A DNA stretch of 64,000 nucleotides from a virus, in IMG/VR virus record IMGVR_UViG_3300042198_000079, positions 32,001 to 96,000 of that record. One strand, given 5' to 3'. Positions 37,516-46,530 of the stretch are shown piece after piece. Under the pieces are notes generated by a model. That model was not told the DNA's origin. It made no database searches and was given only the letters and a program-made list of their open reading frames with translations. The position numbers were made by a program, and so were the translations under genes. The stretch's first letter is position 1. Each line of letters begins with the position of its first letter.

Positions 37516-38532
37516 ATGACTTCGTCTAAAAAAATACCTTATATTAAAAAAATAGAAGCTAATGTATGTCCACAAGAAACAATAGACATTATAAACAGAA
37601 ACTTGTCTTCTATTGTAAATGCATTTAAAGCAGAAGCCAGTCCTGTTTATACATTGGGAGATATAAAAGCAAGTTTATCTAAAACAGACGAAAATGGATG
37701 GTTTGTTTGTGACGGCAGACTATTCGATTTAGAATTATTTCCGCAATTAAGAACATTGGTAACTCAAGGCGTTTTGACTCAAGTTGGACCAAGTACAGTT
37801 TTATTGCCGGATTTGAGAGGAAGATTTTTAAGAGGATATGATTCTTCTAATGAAAGAGATCCAGATTTTGCTACTAGATATAATATTTTAGGAAATACTT
37901 CTGGGAATTCTTTTCCGGGAACTTATCAAGATCATGCACAAGAAATAGAAAAAGAAGCATATGATTATTACTATTCTTATTCTGATACTATAAAATATAG
38001 AGAATATACTTTTAATAAAGTAGTTAGAGACGCTAGTAAATTGTCAGGATCGGAATTTGTAGACTACAATGAAGTTAAAAAAGCCTATTTAGATGATGAT
38101 ACAAATTTACAATCTAGATTAATAACAGAAAAAAAAGATTATAAACAAAAAGTAGAAGCAGTTAAACTTCCTAGTTTAAATCAAGTTATAAACAGGGACA
38201 ATCACGAATTAAAAGTTCCGATAGCAAACAACGAACAAGGTGTTGTAAGAGGAATTGCATCACAAAATTCTGGAATTAATTCTGGTGTAGAATCCCGTCC
38301 AAAAAATATGACGGTCGTTTATAAATTATATATAGGAGAACCAAACTGCTGTAGTCCTGAAGAATTGCCAGAATGGAACGTGGAAGATGCAAATGTTTGG
38401 TTTCCTGCTAATTTCAGCGAACCGTTGGATTGTAGCAGTCTGTCTGCATTGTCTGCAATATACACTGATTTAGCATGTGATCCATTTGATTTAGATAATA
38501 ATTTAGATACTGGAAACTTACAACAAATATAA
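37516..38532 (+). CDS. Tail collar domain protein
   Basis: GDIKA.......GWFVCDG......FPQL...LPDLRGRFLRG.D...RDPD ... ESRPKN. Confidence 0.85.
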   Translation: MTSSKKIPYIKKIEANVCPQETIDIINRNLSSIVNAFKAEASPVYTLGDIKASLSKTDENGWFVCDGRLFDLELFPQLRTLVTQGVLTQVGPSTVLLPDLRGRFLRGYDSSNERDPDFATRYNILGNTSGNSFPGTYQDHAQEIEKEAYDYYYSYSDTIKYREYTFNKVVRDASKLSGSEFVDYNEVKKAYLDDDTNLQSRLITEKKDYKQKVEAVKLPSLNQVINRDNHELKVPIANNEQGVVRGIASQNSGINSGVESRPKNMTVVYKLYIGEPNCCSPEELPEWNVEDANVWFPANFSEPLDCSSLSALSAIYTDLACDPFDLDNNLDTGNLQQI

Positions 38533-38552
38533 GATATAAGTATTAATATAAA

Positions 38553-40547
38553 ATGGCAGTAGATTCAAGAAAAACCTTATTAATAACTGATTTAGATCCA
38601 ACGGTTTTTGGGAAAATAACAATAGGCAATAAATGTTATGTTAGTATTCCAACAATGAGTGGATCTGGTTTTAACTCATTATTTAGATACAGTATAAGAG
38701 ATTTAGGAGATGTTAGTAATGACGCAATTCCGGTAGAAAATAATATTCTTGCATTTAAAAACGGAAAATGGGTTTCGTCTGTTATTGATTCCACTTTTAA
38801 ACAAAACTTGGATATAAAATTAAATGATATAACCGATGTTAATTTAAACCAAAATTTAGCACAAGATAGTGTTTTATCATGGGACGGTATTTCTAATAAA
38901 TGGATACCAAAAGCGATTACGTCTAATCAAGATAATAATAATAATGTATATGTTCCAGAAAGAATAAAGTTTGTAGGAACAGCAAAAGGACAAACAGAAG
39001 GTGTTTTTGTTGTTTCTACAACAAATGAAATATATCAATCCGGGGTATCCAATAGTGTTTATAATTATTTTACAGCAGCAGCTCCCGGAGGAACTACGGA
39101 TAGATTGGTATTATCCCCATTTTCAGAAGAAGACGGACCAGTAGACGGATCAGGATGGAAAAAAGTGTTATTTAACAATAGAAATTGTTATGCATTAACT
39201 GTTAACGGACAACTTTGGGCAAAAGGATTTAATGATTGTGGACAATTAGGAGTTGGGACTAAAGTCCCTGTTACAGCTAATAGTAAAACAGATGTGTTCA
39301 GACTAGTAAGTCCTCCAAGTTTCATTGCGGGTTCCGTTACGATTAAAACTGTTTTTGAAGATATAGATATATCTTGGTCAAATCCTACTGCTCTAAGATC
39401 TCAAGAGGTTGTGGTAGCCGCAATATGTAGAAAAGATACACAATCACAAGTACCCGGAGCAGATAGATATCTTTTTGTATGGGGTAATACATTTATAACT
39501 GAAGCTAATGGTATTGAGAATACACCTAAACGAATATCTAATTTCGATGCGTTAAAACCAATTAAAGTATCATTGGGAATGAGTGGTGCTACACATTATA
39601 CTGTTTTATGCGAAGATGGAAAAGTTTTTACGGCAGTAAATAGACTTTTCGGAGATCGGGCATCAGATAGAACTTTCAATAATACTTTAGTTACCACGTA
39701 TGCTGGAAATCCTTTAGGAAGATCTCATACACTTTCAGCATTTCCCGTAAGTAGTTTTAATGAAGTTTCGTATGATGTGACGCCAGTTCCTATTATAAAA
39801 GATATTTATAATGGATGTGGTGCATATTTTCAAACTACTACCACCAGTTCGTATGCGCCCTATACTATGTTAATAGATAATAACGATAAATTATACTATG
39901 CTGGAAGAAATAATACAGGACAAGCAGGAATAGGAACAAAAACTACAATCGCAACATCAACTTCTGCTAGTGGACAAGGCGCATTTGTTGCATGTATTAA
40001 CTCTACCACAAACGGTCAATTAAGAGTTAAAAGTTTCGGAATAAATGACGGAGCATTTCATTTTGCACACATAGAAAAAGACACTGAAAAATTAGTAACT
40101 CTTGGTTCAAATATAGGAAATCAATTAGGAACATTAGGAGCAGCAAATATGGTTACTAGTGCATATTCTATAGTAAATATGCCGCTTAGTGGAGAAACTA
40201 TTAAAAAAGTAATAACCGGGTCATATGCTACTTCGACCGGGGATAATACTTTATCCGGTATGACCATGGTATTGACAAATAATGGTCTTGTTTATACATT
40301 CGGTCATTGCCCAAATGGGCAAAGCGGAAACGGAAGACTTAATCCTGCTCTTCCAGCTATTGTTCCTATGCCAGAACCTATTTTTGATATTACTATGGTT
40401 GGAGCAGATCAAGAATCTGCTATATTTGTATTAGGAAATAGCGGACGAGGATATGTTTGGGGTGCAAACAATAAAGGACAAACTGGAGCATTGCCCCCCA
40501 GTATCGGTTCCATCCCATATCCTATAAATGTTCCAATTCCTCAATAA
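38553..40547 (+). CDS. Fibre protein with RCC1/BLIP-II-like beta-propeller
   Basis: L.DITDV...VLSWDG.SNKWIP repeats; GQLWAKGFNDCGQLGVG, YAGRNNTGQAGIG, YVWGANNKGQTG. Confidence 0.8.
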   Translation: MAVDSRKTLLITDLDPTVFGKITIGNKCYVSIPTMSGSGFNSLFRYSIRDLGDVSNDAIPVENNILAFKNGKWVSSVIDSTFKQNLDIKLNDITDVNLNQNLAQDSVLSWDGISNKWIPKAITSNQDNNNNVYVPERIKFVGTAKGQTEGVFVVSTTNEIYQSGVSNSVYNYFTAAAPGGTTDRLVLSPFSEEDGPVDGSGWKKVLFNNRNCYALTVNGQLWAKGFNDCGQLGVGTKVPVTANSKTDVFRLVSPPSFIAGSVTIKTVFEDIDISWSNPTALRSQEVVVAAICRKDTQSQVPGADRYLFVWGNTFITEANGIENTPKRISNFDALKPIKVSLGMSGATHYTVLCEDGKVFTAVNRLFGDRASDRTFNNTLVTTYAGNPLGRSHTLSAFPVSSFNEVSYDVTPVPIIKDIYNGCGAYFQTTTTSSYAPYTMLIDNNDKLYYAGRNNTGQAGIGTKTTIATSTSASGQGAFVACINSTTNGQLRVKSFGINDGAFHFAHIEKDTEKLVTLGSNIGNQLGTLGAANMVTSAYSIVNMPLSGETIKKVITGSYATSTGDNTLSGMTMVLTNNGLVYTFGHCPNGQSGNGRLNPALPAIVPMPEPIFDITMVGADQESAIFVLGNSGRGYVWGANNKGQTGALPPSIGSIPYPINVPIPQ

Positions 40548-40885
40548 TCTTCGTTTTGAGAAGATTCCATATTAATTAAATTATCAATCAATATACTAAG
40601 TCCAGCCTTTGTAGTAAAAGATTTTACTTTTTTTACTATATGGCCTTCGCCTTTTGTATCAATACCAAGAACTATAAATGCATCAAAAAATTCAGAAACC
40701 ATTCCATCTAATACAGATGCATCATTTTCTGTAAAATTTACTTGATTATATTCTATATCATTAACATTATCGTTTATTAGTTTTTTCTCATAACTAAAAT
40801 CTTCAACAATTTTTTGTTTTGTAGAATCGTCTATTTTATTTCTTTTAATTTTGTATTTTTTTATAGTTTTATATTTTTTTTGCAT
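40541..40885 (-). CDS. Hypothetical late protein
   Basis: TATAAATA at 40894-40901. Confidence 0.6.
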   Translation of the reverse strand: MQKKYKTIKKYKIKRNKIDDSTKQKIVEDFSYEKKLINDNVNDIEYNQVNFTENDASVLDGMVSEFFDAFIVLGIDTKGEGHIVKKVKSFTTKAGLSILIDNLINMESSQNEDY

Positions 40886-40906
40886 TATATTAATATTTAT
40901 AGATTA

Positions 40907-41572
40907 TTATTGTTCTTCGTGAATTTCTTCTTCAGTATTTAAAGAAGTTACCGGATTTTTACCGATACAACCAAAACTGTAAAGATCAGTCATTATTACT
41001 TCCATAGATTCTGTATATAGCTTTGGTAAGAACATTGGAACCATTTGACCTCCGTCATAGTATCTAATGTTTCCGTCTTTATATCTAATGATATATAAAG
41101 ACGAACCATGTGGATCTACAGAAAAAATCCACTTTCTAGAATCGTTTTCGTCGAAAGTAATATTCTTTGAATTTTCCTTTAAAAAGTTTATATAATATCC
41201 AGAATTGAATAATCTATTAATTATATAGTTTTTTGTTTTTAGATTAGTGGGAATAACCGTATTTTTACTATATGTAATATTATTAACTATTTGTTCTATT
41301 GTATCATAGATATATTCGTGATCTATTTGTGTTTGAATTTTATTATCGTAAATAAGATCAAACGAAAACGAACCTAAATTTTCTCTATTTATATGAGCAA
41401 CAGCAATTATTTTATGATCTGGATGTAATATAACAGAATAAAGTCTACTGTCCCATTTTCCAAAATTAAAATCTAATTTTTCGCAATATTCATATGCTTG
41501 CCTCATTCTAGAAACAAATTCATCAACAGTTGGTGGCTTTATTGTTATATTTTTTACTCTTTGTTTTCCCAT
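40907..41572 (-). CDS. Hypothetical protein with an internally duplicated domain
   Basis: DSRLYSVILHP and DSRKWIFSVDP halves. Confidence 0.6.
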   Translation of the reverse strand: MGKQRVKNITIKPPTVDEFVSRMRQAYEYCEKLDFNFGKWDSRLYSVILHPDHKIIAVAHINRENLGSFSFDLIYDNKIQTQIDHEYIYDTIEQIVNNITYSKNTVIPTNLKTKNYIINRLFNSGYYINFLKENSKNITFDENDSRKWIFSVDPHGSSLYIIRYKDGNIRYYDGGQMVPMFLPKLYTESMEVIMTDLYSFGCIGKNPVTSLNTEEEIHEEQ

Positions 41573-41585
41573 AGTTTTTTAAAGT

Positions 41586-42368
41586 TTAAGAATTTTTAAT
41601 TCTAGAAAGAACATATATTATTGTGGAATCGTTTTCAACACAAAAGAACAATATAACATTTCTTTCCAAGTTTATTTTTACTAGCGTATCAATAGAAGGA
41701 AGATAATCTATGAAATTTGCATTTAATGTATACTGAAAAGGCTTTTCTGATTTTGAAGGAGTCTTAAAAGACATTTCATCTATAGATAAATCTTTGCTTT
41801 TATCTGCTACAGACCGAAAAACGCATTCGTTTTCATCGTTTGTTATTTTCAAAAAAGAATGATTAGAAAAAGATATGCATCTTTTAATTGAAGATATTTC
41901 TTCTTTGAGAATAGAAAAAGAAACATTGTAAGAATAATTTAAAATTTGATCTTTCTTAAACGGGATTCTTTTAATTTTATCATTGAGCAAATATTCGTTC
42001 ATTAATTGAATTTTGAATAAGTGCTTGTCTCCGTTATATTCCATAACTCCGTTGGAAATATTAAATTCCAACGGGGAACTTTTATCTTCTTCTTTATTCT
42101 TCTTTTTTGATTTGTTATTAGAAACGGAATCTGCTCCAAACATCAATTTGGAAATATCATTTATTCCAAAATCAAATTTTTCATTTTCTGCAACGTCTGA
42201 TTCGCATGAAATAATAGAACAAATAATATTGCTCTTGTCCCCATTATGATCTGTTATAGAATATAAACAGTCTTTTTCTACAGAGAAAATACAACTTGTA
42301 TCAAAAGGAACCAGAGATTTTAAGAATGTTTTGGTAAATGACTCAGGATTAATCTTTAATTTCATCAA
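41586..42368 (-). CDS. Putative sliding clamp (gp45-like)
   Basis: Size about 260 aa, FGINDISKL (compare gp45 F.IYDL..F), two-domain alpha/beta pattern, located in the replication operon. Confidence 0.55.
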   Translation of the reverse strand: MMKLKINPESFTKTFLKSLVPFDTSCIFSVEKDCLYSITDHNGDKSNIICSIISCESDVAENEKFDFGINDISKLMFGADSVSNNKSKKKNKEEDKSSPLEFNISNGVMEYNGDKHLFKIQLMNEYLLNDKIKRIPFKKDQILNYSYNVSFSILKEEISSIKRCISFSNHSFLKITNDENECVFRSVADKSKDLSIDEMSFKTPSKSEKPFQYTLNANFIDYLPSIDTLVKINLERNVILFFCVENDSTIIYVLSRIKNS

Positions 42369-43152
42369 TGTTTTTTGCTAAGGTTTTTACGGATTCGCGA
42401 ACACTCTTCAAATAACCATCTTCTAATTCAATTATATTGACATCTTTTCTTCCTACAACTGCCAGAGAATGAGTTGCGATTATCATTTGAATGTTGTTGT
42501 TTTTTTGAAACTTCGCTAAAACATCCCACATTTGTAACTGTTTTGCAAGCGACAAACCCTTTTCGGGTTCATCTAATAAAAGTGTAATTCTTTTATTTTT
42601 AGGAAGTTGTTTACCGAGACTATCCATCCATTCTTTTTGGATCATTTGTTCTTTAGTTGCATTTTTCCAAAATTCTTTAGGATATCCTTCGTTTACAGTG
42701 TTTAGAATTTTATTTATTCTAGAAACGATATATTGTCCAGATGAATAATTTTCCAGTGCATTTTCAAATTTTTCATCTTCTGTTGTTATATCATCATCAA
42801 ATTTTAAATCAAGTTGATGAACTCTATTTTCAGAATGGTTATGAAAACATGGAGTCCCGTCCCATTTTACAAGAGCATCGATATCTTGAGTTTTAGTAAG
42901 CCTTCTTAAAACAAAAGGAAAATGAGCAACTTTTGTCACGCCCAAAATATTTGGGTCAACTGGTTTTGACCAACCACTATTTGGAATACATGTATATGCT
43001 TTTAACGTATCTAAAATTGTAGATTTACCGCTACCAATTTGGGCATATAAAACATTAATTCCAGACGTAAATGTAAAAGTCTTCTGGAAAAAAGAACTAC
43101 TAATTTTGGTTTCTATTGGATATCCAGAAACTATTTTTATATCGTATATCAT
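42349..43152 (-). CDS. ABC-family ATPase (AAA_21-like)
   Basis: GINVLYAQIGSGKST, YSSGQ, LLLDEPEKGLS, IIATHS. Confidence 0.85.
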   Translation of the reverse strand: MIYDIKIVSGYPIETKISSSFFQKTFTFTSGINVLYAQIGSGKSTILDTLKAYTCIPNSGWSKPVDPNILGVTKVAHFPFVLRRLTKTQDIDALVKWDGTPCFHNHSENRVHQLDLKFDDDITTEDEKFENALENYSSGQYIVSRINKILNTVNEGYPKEFWKNATKEQMIQKEWMDSLGKQLPKNKRITLLLDEPEKGLSLAKQLQMWDVLAKFQKNNNIQMIIATHSLAVVGRKDVNIIELEDGYLKSVRESVKTLAKNIDEIKD

Positions 43153-43769
43153 ATATTTTCGATAAAATCATCAGAATTTAACAAGTCTTCTTCGTTTAAT
43201 TTAGTATAATTAAATGTTATTTTAGATGGATCGGGTGTTTCCCAATTAAATTCATTTACTTTTGGATTAGATTTGTCCTGTTCCATGAAATCCACTATTT
43301 TTTTCAATTCTTCTAAATCTGTAATTTCATAAAGATTTATTCTATAATCATTATAGTCATGAAAAACTATATTATTATCAATAATAGAATGATTTATATT
43401 AGAAGACAGCAATTCTTGTTTAAACAGATCGCAATTTTCTTTTATTGTCTTAAATGAATTTTCGATCATTTTAGATAAATGATTAAAAATGTCTTCTACA
43501 TTATCTGTAGACAAGATTATTTGCGATTCGTTCGATTTATCTATTAAATCTATATTTTTAGAATTATCGTCAAGTTTTAAATATAAAGATTCAGTAAGAG
43601 ATATTTCCTCGTTTTTAACATAAAAAGGGTCAATTTCAGGAAGATTTGAATTTAAACCTTTATATAACCAAAATAATTCGCCCAAATCTGTATATCTAAA
43701 TTTTGTTGCCCAGAAATGAAAAAATTGTATACTATACGTTTGAGTTTTTATATATTCATCATTCGTCAT
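43149..43769 (-). CDS. Hypothetical protein
   Basis: ORF coupled to its neighbours in the operon. Confidence 0.6.
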   Translation of the reverse strand: MTNDEYIKTQTYSIQFFHFWATKFRYTDLGELFWLYKGLNSNLPEIDPFYVKNEEISLTESLYLKLDDNSKNIDLIDKSNESQIILSTDNVEDIFNHLSKMIENSFKTIKENCDLFKQELLSSNINHSIIDNNIVFHDYNDYRINLYEITDLEELKKIVDFMEQDKSNPKVNEFNWETPDPSKITFNYTKLNEEDLLNSDDFIENI

Positions 43770-44334
43770 TTTTCTTTTTTCTTTCTATAGGGTATTTGGA
43801 CGAAAGTCTTTTATCTATTCTATTGCAAATAGTTTTTAATTCTTTGTTTTCTTGTTTTAATGCTATTATTTCGTTCAACATTAAAACAATAACCTCATTT
43901 ACAGACATATTGTTACCATCTTCTGGAACATTAACTGTATTTTTCTTTTTTTGAGGTTGTCTAAAATCTCCTAATTCAACTTCTTTCTCTAAAGATTTTG
44001 TAAGATTGGTTGAAAACTTTTCTCTAAGTTCATTAGGAATATTAATGAACTTTAATTCTTCTACAGGAAGTTCAATAACATTCGGATTGTGGTTTTGTGG
44101 AGGAGTAGGAGGAGTGTTATAATTAACGTGCGGAACATTAAATTGGGGTTGATACCCCCCCGGATACCCACCTTGTTGTGGGTATCCGGGTCGCATTTGC
44201 ATAGAGTTATAAAGTGAGGAACTATGTGACGAATGTTTAGCAGGAGAATCACCGTCCAAATATGAATTTTCGTGTGAACGAAGTTCAACTGCTGTTTGAA
44301 ACTTTAATTGTCTTGCTAAAATATCGTCTTCCAT
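43759..44334 (-). CDS. Hypothetical protein with Pro/Gln/Gly-rich linker and C-terminal coiled coil (start probably MEDDIL)
   Basis: The longer upstream part of the ORF overlaps gp32. Confidence 0.55.
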   Translation of the reverse strand: MEDDILARQLKFQTAVELRSHENSYLDGDSPAKHSSHSSSLYNSMQMRPGYPQQGGYPGGYQPQFNVPHVNYNTPPTPPQNHNPNVIELPVEELKFINIPNELREKFSTNLTKSLEKEVELGDFRQPQKKKNTVNVPEDGNNMSVNEVIVLMLNEIIALKQENKELKTICNRIDKRLSSKYPIERKKKNDE

Positions 44335-44350
44335 CTTTTTTTTATCTATT

Positions 44351-45340
44351 TCACACAGAGGTTTTTCTACTTCTGGAAAGCTTTTCGAGAAGTTCGAGAT
44401 CATCGTCTTCGTCTTCTTCGACCATGCTTCTAATATTCTTTTTAGTAGGTTCATTCAAATTTTCATGATTACCCATGGGGATAAAATCGTCATCACCGTC
44501 ATTAACAATTTTATTATTATTGAAATTAAAAATCTTTTTATTGCTAGAAAGACTATTAACAATGTCGGTCAAATGAAGATTAATCGTATTGTTAATCTCT
44601 TCCTCAGATTTAACTTGAGGAACATATTTAGTGAGATCGTAAACCTTATGGTATGGTTCTTTCCAATCTTCCAAACCTTTAATTCGTTTTTGCATACTTT
44701 CAAAACCACATCCAGAAGGATCATAGCTAATATAATCTCCCTTGCTGGTAATCTTAATCTTATAAGAAATGCCCTTTTCGCTCAAATCAAAAAGAACATT
44801 GCCCAATTTATCGGTATTGGAATCGCCCTTGTAGTTTTTCATGAACTGAGCATAAATAAGAGAAGTAATTTCTCTAGTTTGCCAGTTTCTATTAGCAGGA
44901 AGTCTCAAAACTCTATTTTGATTATACTCTTCCTTGAATTTTTCAACTTTCTCATTTTTATGAGAAATGGTAAACCAATTGAAAACAACCTTCGGAATCA
45001 CTTTAATAAAGTTTCTGGCTTCTTTAAAGTGTTCATCTTTAGTTTCCACATACTTATTCCAAAGCTTTTGTCTAAGATCAATAATAGGATCTGAAAGCTT
45101 TTTGCTCTTTCTCAAAAGACCACAATCGATAAAACTACCGTTAGATTGAGATTGAATTCCGCATTGCGTATATTCAATCCAAGGATTGGATCGGTCATTC
45201 ACATTAGGAAGAAATCTTCCAATGATAATATCTCCTGTTTGGAATTTGATAATTTCTGGATTGGTATTTTCTTTTTGCTCGGTATCGAGAGTAACTCCAG
45301 TCAATTCTTCGCCACCAAGCAATTCTTCAATTGTATTCAT
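44351..45340 (-). CDS. gp32: Single-stranded DNA-binding protein gp32-like
   Basis: GRFLP, PWIEY...G, DPI, FDLSEKG.SYKIKI..KGDY.SYD; acidic tail EDEDDDLELLEKL. Confidence 0.75.
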   Translation of the reverse strand: MNTIEELLGGEELTGVTLDTEQKENTNPEIIKFQTGDIIIGRFLPNVNDRSNPWIEYTQCGIQSQSNGSFIDCGLLRKSKKLSDPIIDLRQKLWNKYVETKDEHFKEARNFIKVIPKVVFNWFTISHKNEKVEKFKEEYNQNRVLRLPANRNWQTREITSLIYAQFMKNYKGDSNTDKLGNVLFDLSEKGISYKIKITSKGDYISYDPSGCGFESMQKRIKGLEDWKEPYHKVYDLTKYVPQVKSEEEINNTINLHLTDIVNSLSSNKKIFNFNNNKIVNDGDDDFIPMGNHENLNEPTKKNIRSMVEEDEDDDLELLEKLSRSRKTSV

Positions 45341-45429
45341 ATGTTTTATTAATTTAAGTTTAGTTTAAGTTTAGTTTAAGTTTATTTGTTTTTGTGTTTT
45401 GTTTTAGTATTCTTGTTTTGAATACTAAA
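45341..45429 (-). promoter_or_regulatory. gp32 leader: 10-bp hairpin followed by an unstructured tract with three copies of an 11-nt repeat (putative autogenous operator)
   Basis: TTTAGTATTC/GAATACTAAA stem at 45403-45429; (C/A)TAAACTTAAA x3 at 45353-45385. Confidence 0.6.
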
Positions 45430-45456
45430 GATAGTTACATCATTTTCCATTCAGTG

Positions 45457-45798
45457 TCAACCTTTAACGACCTCTATTCTATGAAATCCTCCAAAAATGT
45501 GATTAGAAACAGCAAGAACGACTTCTCCGTCATTTAATATTTTGAAAGTTCCGGTTTCTAAATTTGGATTCCATTCGTGTTGATCTCCTATAATGTAATC
45601 TTTTTCGTATGTTTCTCCTCCATCTGAGGTATCTTCGTATCCATCAAATACAACTCCAGATTTTAAAAACAATCTATACGAATATTTTCTTGGTTTATTT
45701 TTTAAAGGCTTTTTAGAATTTAAAGAATCGTCACTAATTTCCATAGAATATATTGTAACACGATGTAATATCAATGTCAACAATGTTGTTTGAGCCAC
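45457..45798 (-). CDS. Hypothetical protein (start possibly at MEISD)
   Basis: ORF within the operon. Confidence 0.5.
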   Translation of the reverse strand: MAQTTLLTLILHRVTIYSMEISDDSLNSKKPLKNKPRKYSYRLFLKSGVVFDGYEDTSDGGETYEKDYIIGDQHEWNPNLETGTFKILNDGEVVLAVSNHIFGGFHRIEVVKG

Positions 45799-46280
45799 TG
45801 AGCAAGTTCGTCTTTGGATAAAGATATATAAGGAATTATTTGATCATCATTCATGTCAATCAAGCTAATAGATCCATTAGGATGATGTTTGATATATCCA
45901 ATAGGCAATATCAAATTATATATCCATTCCAACATAATTGAAGAATGAGTAGACATAACAAAAGGAAATTGTTTATATTCTATATAATTCCTCTTACAAT
46001 AATCTTTTACCAATAAATCATATTTTGCATAATCTTTATTAGTTTTCCACCAATTTATTTTATTTTCTGTAAAATTTTCTATTGCTTCTGATGTCAAAAA
46101 CCAATTTAAAGGTTTACTGGTTTTTGTTTTAAAAAACAAATTATTAAAAAATCTAGGTTTTAAATATAAAAAAGAAAATAAAACATCTAAATCATGCGGA
46201 TCGTATTTCGGATTTTCTTCTCCTTGTTCTTTTTTTGGGTTGTTCGTCATCCACATTTCTAATATTTCCTGTTTTTTCAT
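45777..46280 (-). CDS. Hypothetical protein
   Basis: ORF in the replication operon between helicase and gp32. Confidence 0.55.
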   Translation of the reverse strand: MKKQEILEMWMTNNPKKEQGEENPKYDPHDLDVLFSFLYLKPRFFNNLFFKTKTSKPLNWFLTSEAIENFTENKINWWKTNKDYAKYDLLVKDYCKRNYIEYKQFPFVMSTHSSIMLEWIYNLILPIGYIKHHPNGSISLIDMNDDQIIPYISLSKDELAQWLKQHC

Positions 46281-46521
46281 TGTTGTATTTTTTAGATTTA
46301 GATGCGGTTGGATATTGATATGAATAAAATTCTATAAATGAATATTTTGTAATCTCTAAATATTTTTCTAAAAGAAGCATAATATTTTTGTTTTTTATAA
46401 CTTCTAATATAAAAGTAGTAGAACTATATATTTTATTATTTAATAAAGATATTAAAGTAGTTACTTTTTTAAAACCAGATAAAATTTCATTATAATCTAT
46501 TTCATCATATTCATTTTGCAT
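46192..46521 (-). CDS. Hypothetical protein
   Basis: ORF immediately downstream of the helicase. Confidence 0.5.
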   Translation of the reverse strand: MQNEYDEIDYNEILSGFKKVTTLISLLNNKIYSSTTFILEVIKNKNIMLLLEKYLEITKYSFIEFYSYQYPTASKSKKYNNEKTGNIRNVDDEQPKKRTRRRKSEIRSA

Positions 46522-46530
46522 TAATAATAA

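Noticed and set aside
44465-45094. 209-aa antisense ORF over gp32
   Set aside because: Same codon-bias shadow; Ile/Asn/Phe-rich sequence with no recognisable family.
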